DNA of 64,000 nucleotides from a virus (taxonomy: Duplodnaviria > Caudoviricetes). The DNA is taken from positions 1 to 64,000 of IMG/VR virus record IMGVR_UViG_3300033073_001572; one strand, written 5' to 3'. The first letter of the stretch is position 1. Each line of letters begins with the position of its first letter. Position numbers and translations under genes: made by a program. Positions 55,896 through 64,000 of this stretch are shown here, one piece after another. The notes below the pieces were generated by a model. It saw nothing but the letters and a program-made list of their open reading frames with translations. It did not search any database and was not told the origin of the DNA.

Positions 55896-56843
55896 TTACT
55901 CCAATATCAATGTAAAGATCTTTGCAAAATTAGACGCACCAAAACTATCAATATACACCTTACCTAAGAAAATAACTCTCTTAGAACCGCCCGTAGAATC
56001 TGAGTCATATGAACCGAAATCGACCATATCTAGTTTTCTAATATTGCTTCCAATCTCAAATGCTTGAATGCAAATATCATTTGTTTGTGATGTACTTGTA
56101 AATTCTATAGCCTTTGATGGACAGATAGGTTGGTCCGGTACTTTACCGATCAAGTGCATCTCAAGGTCACTCAATGTGTAGTCAGGAGTCTTCTTTATAT
56201 CCTCATATTGACCTAAAACTCTAGTTCCCGTATCGTCAACACATATTGGCGGCATGAACATAAAGTTAGGTGAATTTGAGAATATTGGGTCTGTCAGGAC
56301 AGAATTTGCTTGATCGAGTGAAACAACAAGATCGTCTCCTATGATTGGACCCCGATTGCCGTAGTTAAATGTAATCGAGTTTTGCGAAACTTCAAATGTA
56401 TCTGACTCATCTATTGGATCTTTGGACGCAATAATCTGTTGTTTTTTAAAATTCTCTAGTGTTGACTTAATAATCGTGTTTGCAATATTAGAATAATCAT
56501 TGACGGATGTATTGGGTTCAATTACCCCATTTTTAATGATTATTCCACTTTTTGTATTGATCCTATCACCCACATCAGAAACAACAGTTGCAAATGGAAT
56601 AACAGCTCCATTGTCATCTTTCTCAATTGTTATCTGGTCAAATACGTAAGAAATAGCCTCAGGATAAAGCCTGGTGTAAGCTGAATCTGCTGAACCTGAT
56701 ATTGAAGTTCTATCGTAAAATGCATTTTTATCTGTGAATGTCGCATAGGAAATTTTAAAATCGCCAGAACCTAGCTGGCGCTTACCTTCTGCTGTTACGA
56801 CAACGTCCATTACGCGTGTCTTATTGTCTAGTATTCCTGCCAT
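55896..56843 (-). CDS. Structural protein, paralogue of 48230-48922
   Basis: N-terminal GILDNKTRVMDVVVTAEGKRQLGSGDFKISYATFTD; ATACTTA motif 5 nt before the ATG. Confidence 0.55.
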   Translation of the reverse strand: MAGILDNKTRVMDVVVTAEGKRQLGSGDFKISYATFTDKNAFYDRTSISGSADSAYTRLYPEAISYVFDQITIEKDDNGAVIPFATVVSDVGDRINTKSGIIIKNGVIEPNTSVNDYSNIANTIIKSTLENFKKQQIIASKDPIDESDTFEVSQNSITFNYGNRGPIIGDDLVVSLDQANSVLTDPIFSNSPNFMFMPPICVDDTGTRVLGQYEDIKKTPDYTLSDLEMHLIGKVPDQPICPSKAIEFTSTSQTNDICIQAFEIGSNIRKLDMVDFGSYDSDSTGGSKRVIFLGKVYIDSFGASNFAKIFTLILE

Positions 56844-56866
56844 GACTATAAGTATTTACCTGCTGG

Positions 56867-59464
56867 CTACGTCGATGATAAAAGCGTTGAGGGCTTATTG
56901 AGGACGATAGTTTCAACAGAGAATTGAGGATTTTCTGTAAACACAATATCGGGCCTATTTCTTGGAATTTCATCATCATAATATGGCAAAGATGCTGTGC
57001 ATGCAGTGCTTAGATTACAAGACCTTGTCGACAGCGGGTCGACGGGTATTTCAGATGACTGTGACACAAATAAAACGCTTACAGGACTTCCTATCTTTGA
57101 AACACCAAATGTCTTAATAAAGTCAGGCTCAGGATATGTCCCAACTGCGAAGATTGTTTCTTCGTGCTTTGCATCCAACCTTTGTTCAAGCATGTCGCGA
57201 TATTGTCCAAATCTATCATACCTAAAAGTAGCTACTGGATATGCTCTTGACATTTTTGAAAGACTTAGTAGAATTTCGGGCGTGAGGCTAAAGAATGAAA
57301 ATCCTGGTGGGAAGTGTCCATCTTCGTTCCTTTCAGCGAAATTCTTAAGTGTGATAAAAGGCTCCAGCGCAAAATCATCATATGAATTTCCTGAAGTTGC
57401 TCTTGAAACAAGACCTCTTGGATTTGTGAGAGAGCCCATCGTTCCTGTAACATAATTGTCAAGATACGAACCTGAATATTCCATTCTTTGTGCGATTTGG
57501 AATTGATCAACTATAACTTCGTGGATGTCTTCATGAACAGAATTTGATGTTAAGGGTTGATTTGAAATTGCGATCTTTTCTTTGCCGTCCTTAATAAGCG
57601 TCCCGTAAAGAAAGACTTTTGCTTCTTGCGCAAGCAAAGTTAGATTTTGTTGATTGATTGTATCTGCTACGTCATGAGGAAAACCTGAACCTGCCCCGAA
57701 ACCATCAGGCAAGTCTGTTGGATTCCAAGATGGAACTGCATTCGGTTGTATTGTCGAATAGAAACCTGCTTCTATACCAAAAACAAGTTCATCATCTGGC
57801 ATAAGAATGACCGGTGTTTCTCGATATGCATTAGTGATATTTGATGTCACTTTTCTATGATTTAGGCCACCACCAGGTAAATCAAATAACTGATCAGGGT
57901 TGATTAAGTCCTTTGCATAGCTCATATTCGTGTTTGAGCGTAATGTTCTTGGGTCTATAGTGAATTTATCAAATGTCATGACAGGATTTGAATTTATACC
58001 AAGCCTTGAAAATCCTTGGACAGACTGAACGCCTGGGTCGCAAACTCTAAACCCGAGTGGATTAATAGTCGGAAAAACGCCTGGCTGATTTTTGATTTGT
58101 GTTCCACCTACCCAAAAATTCTTTATGAATCCGCTATTAAAAAATGTTGATAAACCTGTGTTAGTTTCAATTTTTGCCATTGAAGGTGCTGTTACTTGCT
58201 CATCATAAATTCTAGGCCTAAACTTTAGAACAAGATTCTCTGTTAACTCTTTGGTTGTATTGGTGTTTGTTTTTAACATTCCATAATCAAATTCACCACC
58301 ATTTTCGTGAATCGGTCCAGAAAACTTTACTCCAAGAGGACCCGTGTATGAAGGAAATGTTCGTTTATTGTAAAAACAAAATGATTGATTTGCAATAAGT
58401 GAACGAATGCTACCAGAAACATCAGATACACTATCAGTTGTTGCATTAGTTCTATTTTGCCTGTAAAGAAAGAAAACATGATTATCAATGTCTCTTCCAA
58501 AACCATCGGCAAATCCGCTAACATCTTGCCCTTGATACCTCGTTCCTTTAACGGGAAGATGAACTTCAATTGACTCAAGTGCGAATGGATGAGCAATAAA
58601 ATCAGAGAGTTTTAAACCTTGTGATGCCTTTGCATGATATCGCGGGGCTGCAGGTGCTTGAAAGAAAGACGTTGGGTAACCTATTTTATCATATCCGACA
58701 TTTTCCAGATCAGAATTGATTCCCTTAATATCAAAATATGTCAGACGGGCCAAAAGTCCTGCAACAGACGGTGAGGTGGTAAACTGTCCTACTAAGCGCT
58801 CTTGGCCCTCAACAGCTTCAAGATAATCAATTGTTCCACCATAATTTTTAAGATTTGCACCAAAATAATTTTGATAATTTGTCGATGCACCTGTCGCAGG
58901 ATCCTTCATACCCACATATTCCCAGGCCTTTGTATCAAAGTTAAAATATGAAAATCCAGAATTATCAACTCCGTCTTTGTTATCATAGTGTTTGTTTATA
59001 TCTGTATCATTTTCGGGAGTTATGTCTATTTCGATGCAAATTTGATTGTTGGTCTTGGTAGAAAATCCAGGATAAAGTTGGTTTGAGAAACCTTCATAAA
59101 TTTCATCTGATGTTGCGAAAAATCCGCTAGGGTTTCTTGTTTCCTTATAAGGTTCAAAAACTTCATCTGTAAATGTTGTCAAAAACTGCGATGCTGGGCT
59201 TATTGACTTCTCAATATTTATTGAGCCTGTTTTAAATCCGCTTAGTTTTGCAACTTCGGGCGTTGTGTTAAAAGGCATATTGATTTTTTGTTCAACAAAC
59301 ACCTGCGTATCATTATCATCGTATTGTATTGGATTATTTCCTAGAATTCTTTGATCACCCGTTCTAAGAATTGCTGGATATGATCCCAATTTATCGTCAT
59401 TAATTTGTTGTTGAACTTTTGGTGATATATTGAGAATTCTAACTGACTTTTTCATCTTAGCCAC
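56867..59464 (-). CDS. Large orphan protein (865 aa), probably structural
   Basis: Intact ORF within the baseplate-like block. Confidence 0.65.
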   Translation of the reverse strand: MAKMKKSVRILNISPKVQQQINDDKLGSYPAILRTGDQRILGNNPIQYDDNDTQVFVEQKINMPFNTTPEVAKLSGFKTGSINIEKSISPASQFLTTFTDEVFEPYKETRNPSGFFATSDEIYEGFSNQLYPGFSTKTNNQICIEIDITPENDTDINKHYDNKDGVDNSGFSYFNFDTKAWEYVGMKDPATGASTNYQNYFGANLKNYGGTIDYLEAVEGQERLVGQFTTSPSVAGLLARLTYFDIKGINSDLENVGYDKIGYPTSFFQAPAAPRYHAKASQGLKLSDFIAHPFALESIEVHLPVKGTRYQGQDVSGFADGFGRDIDNHVFFLYRQNRTNATTDSVSDVSGSIRSLIANQSFCFYNKRTFPSYTGPLGVKFSGPIHENGGEFDYGMLKTNTNTTKELTENLVLKFRPRIYDEQVTAPSMAKIETNTGLSTFFNSGFIKNFWVGGTQIKNQPGVFPTINPLGFRVCDPGVQSVQGFSRLGINSNPVMTFDKFTIDPRTLRSNTNMSYAKDLINPDQLFDLPGGGLNHRKVTSNITNAYRETPVILMPDDELVFGIEAGFYSTIQPNAVPSWNPTDLPDGFGAGSGFPHDVADTINQQNLTLLAQEAKVFLYGTLIKDGKEKIAISNQPLTSNSVHEDIHEVIVDQFQIAQRMEYSGSYLDNYVTGTMGSLTNPRGLVSRATSGNSYDDFALEPFITLKNFAERNEDGHFPPGFSFFSLTPEILLSLSKMSRAYPVATFRYDRFGQYRDMLEQRLDAKHEETIFAVGTYPEPDFIKTFGVSKIGSPVSVLFVSQSSEIPVDPLSTRSCNLSTACTASLPYYDDEIPRNRPDIVFTENPQFSVETIVLNKPSTLLSST

Positions 59465-60174
59465 CCACCAAAAGCAACTGAATCTGTTCCAGCATCTGAA
59501 CCATAGTAGTCGAACCCTGTTTTTGGACTCTTTTCATCAGGTCCAATGTAAGTATAGTCAATTTTAAATGAAAATTTATTGACTAATTGACGATCGTTAA
59601 ATGCATCATATGAGTCATTAACACCACTGTATCCCTGGACTGCGAGACCAAGCATATTTTCCGATGAATCGAAGAAATAACTCTTATCTACATCATTTAA
59701 ATTATACATCCCGCCAAATGTGTATGATGCGCCCTTGATTCCTCTTGCAGATTTCTGGTTGCTTGTCTGCATGAGTGAACGCTTACCCGTATCTCCGAAA
59801 ATTTCAATTTGTCCGTCCAATGCGGGACCTGTGAAATAGGGATCTGTGTCATCTTGAATAATGTTTTCAACTAAAATTTCTACAGCTGATTTCCTCTCTG
59901 ACTTGTCTTCAAACGATGAAAAACCATTCAAGTTGATTCCTTGACCAAAATTGACATAGTCAATTTCATGATCAACTTCTCCGCCTATGGTCAGTGCCTT
60001 GATTCCCTTACTACTTGCGTAAGGTATAGTCGATCCAGCATAATGTTGAAAAAGTGAAACTTCAACACCTTGTCGATACGGATCGAATGCTTTTGTTGAT
60101 TCACTAACAGTCGATGTGATTGGTTTTATGGGCGTCTCAAGTAGAGAAATTCCCCTGTCGATGAATGGTGTCAT
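59452..60174 (-). CDS. Hypothetical protein
   Basis: 240-aa ORF overlapping both neighbours. Confidence 0.65.
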   Translation of the reverse strand: MTPFIDRGISLLETPIKPITSTVSESTKAFDPYRQGVEVSLFQHYAGSTIPYASSKGIKALTIGGEVDHEIDYVNFGQGINLNGFSSFEDKSERKSAVEILVENIIQDDTDPYFTGPALDGQIEIFGDTGKRSLMQTSNQKSARGIKGASYTFGGMYNLNDVDKSYFFDSSENMLGLAVQGYSGVNDSYDAFNDRQLVNKFSFKIDYTYIGPDEKSPKTGFDYYGSDAGTDSVAFGGWLR

Positions 60175-63100
60175 TAATATCTCTTGAGAATCGCTGTCAG
60201 AGCTGAAAGCAACATGTCATAATCTCGTGCAGGTCGCTCAGAAAGCATGTACATTTTGTTAATTGGGTATCTATATTTGTTCCTTTCTAGGACGTGTGAT
60301 TCGATTACGTAGTTTATGCCTAAAAATCTTGTCTTTCTAGGAATCATCTGAACGACAAGAGACGTCAAAGAATTATCAAACCATTTAAATAGATCCCTAA
60401 AGCGCGTTGTGTCAATTGGACCTGTCAATCTTTCAAAATACACCTTAGAGACCTTTTCTAGATCTGGGTATGATTCATCGAACAGGCTTGCAGTTTGACC
60501 CAGTGCGTCATCTAGGAATTGAGTGTCACCAATCAGGCCAATCATGTCCTCATTCGCAGCTTTGTAGGCTGAATATTCGATTGACAGTCTATTATCATCA
60601 TTAATTGAAAGATCAGGCCCTAACTGATAAAGTGGTGCAAGCGATGTAGAAGAATCTAACTTTGATGCATCAAGTAAGCTTCTGACTCTGACTTTGTCAT
60701 CTGTCTGCAATAGATCGATATTAGGTGAAATTCGATTGATTTGAAAGAGCTCATTCTTAAGAATGTTTTTACCAACTTCAAACCCAGCTCCGTTTAAATG
60801 ATAATCATTCTGTGAGAAATCAAAAAATCTAATCTGTCCGCCGACGTCTGAGCCTGTTGTTGCCTGATCCATGCTGACATCTACTCTAAGCCTCTCAAAT
60901 GTGCCAGATGAAATTGTGTCAAAGCTAAAATTAAATCTTGGGTCTTCAACGCCGATTGATCTGTAGTTTCTAAGATGTTCTATGGATTCGACTTCATTGA
61001 GATCCTTAGACCAAAAACGAACATGTCCAATTCTTCCATCGAATGTTGTTATATCTACTTGATCGTTTAAGAACAGTGTTGTTGATGTGTCAAGACTTTG
61101 AGATCCAATGACGATAAATGCACCTGAAGTGTTAAAATCTGCATCGATCGTTTGGAACATATCGTTGCTTGCTAGACCGCCTGTTGTTTCACTAAAATAC
61201 GAGCTAGTCGTAAAGTATGTGTAACTTATATTATCTTCAACAGACCCACATCTAAGGAAATAAGATGATGACAATGACCCCGTAAGATCTCCTCTAACTC
61301 TTCCTGCATTAAAATACCATTTCTCACCGTTGAACATGTCAACATTTTGTATGCTTAATGCAAGTGTTGGAGCTCCTGATTCTTTGCTTGAACGAACATA
61401 GAGAGTCAATTGATTTTGAGCATTGTCAAAAACAATGTTTGCAATACATGCACTAATGCTTGATGGAAGTAACGAGCCAGTTGTGTGTAGCCTCAACAGG
61501 CTTTGTGTGTCATTATGACCTGACCGTGGTGAGAATCTTACAATGCCTTCAACTGTAAAAGATCCTGAAGTTAAAAGGCCATCATTCACATTGTCTGACA
61601 TGCCATCAGCTGTAAATGTACCTGCAATTTCCGGTAAACCAGGTTCTGTTCTTGATGCTGACAGGAAAGTTGTGTATGCGTGCGGTATATTTGAAAAATA
61701 CCCCTGCGCGTCGGGTGTTGCTGAAATTATCCCATATGAACCTGAAAAATCTGCAAGTGGTGATTTTTCTTGCGTCTTTTGACGTAGATTCTTAAGATCT
61801 ACCACAGCAGGACCGCCAAACTCTCTTATATTGAAAAAGTTTTCTGGGATGATCCCTGTTGACAAAAGCGCTGAACGCAATGATGACCTAGTACCCTTTG
61901 CCTGTATAAGCTCTGTCACATTCCCAAGTATCCTGCGCCATATTTGAAATTTGACTTGTTGAAGTGACTTCTTTGCATAGGAATAATCATCACCCAATGC
62001 CTGGCCATAAAAGAATTGGTCAGGTGTGGTATTAGTAAAAAATTCAGGTAAATTTATTCCAAAATGCTGTGCAACATGTGGAAGAAATTTATCAATTGCT
62101 GATTCTTGATCTTCAAGCTCGACATAATTTGTGTGAACAAAATAGTCAAGCATTATCTTTATCTCATCATAGAATTTCGCGTATGCTAGAAGAAAAACAA
62201 CCAAAAGTTGAGGTTTTTGAAGTATACCTGTTCCAGGTATTGACGTAGCTGTATAGGGAACACCAAGATTTTGCTCAACTGATGTTAGACCTTCGTGTGT
62301 TGCTCCGATATTTAAGTAGTGTTCAGGAACAAGCTTTATTATGAAGTTTGGATTGTCATTATCAAATGATCTTGCATCTTCTAACAGTGTGTCATTTAAC
62401 GAGACAATCTCATTAAAACCTGCGAAAAGAACTGGTGAAAAGTCTACATTTTCATAGATGATTGGTTGTGGATTAGATGATGTATTTCTTAAGATTGGAT
62501 TGAAATTGTAGATGTATGAATGCAGCTTGTTTCCCGAGTAATCAAGCGCAATATCATTTCCTGCATATGATCCTGACGGTTCATTAAACCTAAAATACGC
62601 AGTAAGGTCGTCTGATGCATAAATTTCTTGTTTTGCAAAGCGCGCCATGTCATCTGTTGATCTAGCTGATTTAAACATTCTAAATTCATCTATTGACCCA
62701 GAGAATGTATTAATTGGTGTAAATTCATAATCAAGTATTGTGTGTGATGAACCTGATCCTATGAAAAGTGAATTTCCTTCAAAGGTTAGTGATCCAAAAT
62801 CTTGTAGGTCATCGGACACATAACTTAATTTATTGTCAAGATAAATTGATGCTCTTTTTGCTCCCCCGATTACGTCAGTCTGCGCAGTCAAGTGCACCCA
62901 CTGGCCCTTATTGATTGAGCCCGAAGCGACTACGTAAGACTCAGATGCAGATGAAATAAGGAATACAACATTACAGTCAGCAGTGCTTAGTGATTCCGAA
63001 ATGCCAAGCGTAATTCCTGCAGTTGATGACAACCTTTGTGCTATAACCTGATTATCATTAATCTGTTCTGGAACAAATATGTGAAACTCAAATGAAACAG

Positions 63101-63608
63101 GCGACGTGCCCAAATCAAGGACAGGTGAACCATAATCTACAGTGTTAAGTGTTGGAAAGTTTAATGATTTTCCATCTCTAACTGCGACGTATGTTCCGCC
63201 CATATACGATGGTGCTGTTGAACCAGAAAAATTCAAATAACCCGAATTTTTTGGAAATTGATTATAGATAAATTTTTCAAATCCCGTCAGGATTGAAAGA
63301 AACGAATCAATATCGGACCTTTTTTTATCAAATGGGAATCCATTGATAATAGTGTCAAATGCGATATCTACTTTTGACCTTGCAGAATTGAAGAAAGTGT
63401 GATTTTCAAATTTAGTATAATCAACTGGTAATTCTTGTGTAGACTTAATGCCGCTAGCATCGGCGTCTTGAATGAAATTGTTAGCATCGACAGAAAACTT
63501 GTCTTCAATTTTAACGCTAGAAATATCTTTAAAGACAGGTCCAGGTTTCATCTTGACAAGTGTGCTCTTAGAAGCGAAGCTAGGCCTTGTTCCCGTCTTT
63601 GATCTCAT
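60174..63608 (-). CDS. Baseplate wedge-like protein with LamG domains and a P2 gpI/T4 gp7-like segment
   Basis: LamG-like FEFHIF...WVHL...FSGSIDEFRMF and FTVEGIV...FDGRIGHVRFW segments; FLPHVAQHFG...KGTRSSLRSALL..GI...IREFG. Confidence 0.6.
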   Translation of the reverse strand: MRSKTGTRPSFASKSTLVKMKPGPVFKDISSVKIEDKFSVDANNFIQDADASGIKSTQELPVDYTKFENHTFFNSARSKVDIAFDTIINGFPFDKKRSDIDSFLSILTGFEKFIYNQFPKNSGYLNFSGSTAPSYMGGTYVAVRDGKSLNFPTLNTVDYGSPVLDLGTSPVSFEFHIFVPEQINDNQVIAQRLSSTAGITLGISESLSTADCNVVFLISSASESYVVASGSINKGQWVHLTAQTDVIGGAKRASIYLDNKLSYVSDDLQDFGSLTFEGNSLFIGSGSSHTILDYEFTPINTFSGSIDEFRMFKSARSTDDMARFAKQEIYASDDLTAYFRFNEPSGSYAGNDIALDYSGNKLHSYIYNFNPILRNTSSNPQPIIYENVDFSPVLFAGFNEIVSLNDTLLEDARSFDNDNPNFIIKLVPEHYLNIGATHEGLTSVEQNLGVPYTATSIPGTGILQKPQLLVVFLLAYAKFYDEIKIMLDYFVHTNYVELEDQESAIDKFLPHVAQHFGINLPEFFTNTTPDQFFYGQALGDDYSYAKKSLQQVKFQIWRRILGNVTELIQAKGTRSSLRSALLSTGIIPENFFNIREFGGPAVVDLKNLRQKTQEKSPLADFSGSYGIISATPDAQGYFSNIPHAYTTFLSASRTEPGLPEIAGTFTADGMSDNVNDGLLTSGSFTVEGIVRFSPRSGHNDTQSLLRLHTTGSLLPSSISACIANIVFDNAQNQLTLYVRSSKESGAPTLALSIQNVDMFNGEKWYFNAGRVRGDLTGSLSSSYFLRCGSVEDNISYTYFTTSSYFSETTGGLASNDMFQTIDADFNTSGAFIVIGSQSLDTSTTLFLNDQVDITTFDGRIGHVRFWSKDLNEVESIEHLRNYRSIGVEDPRFNFSFDTISSGTFERLRVDVSMDQATTGSDVGGQIRFFDFSQNDYHLNGAGFEVGKNILKNELFQINRISPNIDLLQTDDKVRVRSLLDASKLDSSTSLAPLYQLGPDLSINDDNRLSIEYSAYKAANEDMIGLIGDTQFLDDALGQTASLFDESYPDLEKVSKVYFERLTGPIDTTRFRDLFKWFDNSLTSLVVQMIPRKTRFLGINYVIESHVLERNKYRYPINKMYMLSERPARDYDMLLSALTAILKRY

Positions 63609-63610
63609 AG

Positions 63611-64000
63611 TTAATCGACCCTAAATTTGGCTGCTACATCATTAATGAGAATTTCCAGCCCTTTGTTAATTATCTTGAAGTCAAATGTGTATGTCCTGCC
63701 TTTTGGCAAAGATGACATGAAGAAGTCAAAGTAGTGTGTTGTTGCGTCATTTGAAACTTTCGTTCCAGGATCATGGAAAGGTATGATGACTTCATCACTT
63801 TCAAAGTCTCTAACACGATAGAAACACTGATCAACGACAATACCTGTATTTTCATATGGAACTTTATAAAAAACAACATCAGAATTGAAGTCTTCAACAA
63901 AGAGTCTAAATCTGAACTTCTCAGTTGATTTATAATCAGCACGCATGTTTGTGATATTAACGAAATAGCGTTCTGATGTTTGCGAGAAAGATGATCTTTC
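63611..64000 (-). CDS. Hypothetical structural protein (partial, starts beyond the window end)
   Basis: The frame stays open from 63946 to 64000 (ERSSFSQTSERYFVNITNMRADY...), so the track's ATG is internal. Confidence 0.7.
   Translation of the reverse strand, partial: ERSSFSQTSERYFVNITNMRADYKSTEKFRFRLFVEDFNSDVVFYKVPYENTGIVVDQCFYRVRDFESDEVIIPFHDPGTKVSNDATTHYFDFFMSSLPKGRTYTFDFKIINKGLEILINDVAAKFRVD

Noticed and set aside
541-62689. Numerous plus-strand ORFs in the track (for example 3004-3630, 13376-13957, 17985-18497, 31519-32109, 56997-57455)
   Set aside because: All lie antisense to well-supported minus-strand genes, have biased Ser/Leu/Phe-rich compositions and show no motifs. They are shadow ORFs.
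63611-63946. Complete 111-aa gene as given in the track
   Set aside because: The frame is open to the window edge, so this is the C-terminal part of a longer gene.
1-64000. Stop-codon recoding, seen in some jumbo phages
   Set aside because: TAA, TAG and TGA all end genes, and conserved genes are full length in the standard code.
1-64000. tRNA genes, CRISPR arrays, introns, inteins or homing endonucleases
   Set aside because: GTTCGAA-like T-loop matches (about 520 and 16273) are inside coding genes with no cloverleaf. TerL, RecA, MCP and portal are uninterrupted, and I saw no LAGLIDADG, HNH, GIY-YIG or intein motifs.

Overview
This window is part of a large tailed-phage genome, a myovirus-type jumbo phage. 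Essentially all real genes lie on the minus strand and use the standard genetic code. Read from 64 kb down to 1, there is first a ~19 kb block of large, mostly orphan baseplate or fibre-like proteins (44.7-64 kb). A DNA-processing island follows, with a RuvC-like resolvase, a primase and a fused Mre11-Rad50. Next is a morphogenesis module: TerL, portal, prohead protease, scaffold, T4 gp23-like MCP, neck gp13/gp14, tail completion, two tandem ~1000-aa tail sheaths, tube, chaperone with a probable programmed frameshift, tape measure and hub. Last is a replication/recombination module: minimal PolA, degenerate HD protein, gp32-like SSB, RecA, 5'-3' exonuclease and DnaB-like helicase. The most interesting signals are five. 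(1) A recurrent ATANTTA motif lies just upstream of 11 genes and is a candidate late promoter, some copies implying leaderless mRNAs. (2) A PolX/Pol-beta-like nucleotidyltransferase gene directly behind the MCP carries a head-protein-like propeptide. (3) A pseudoknot-like leader occludes the start region of a probable capsid decoration gene. (4) The tail-chaperone frameshift is +1/-2 rather than -1. (5) The sheath gene is duplicated. All calls come from reading motifs by eye; no searches or folding programs were run.
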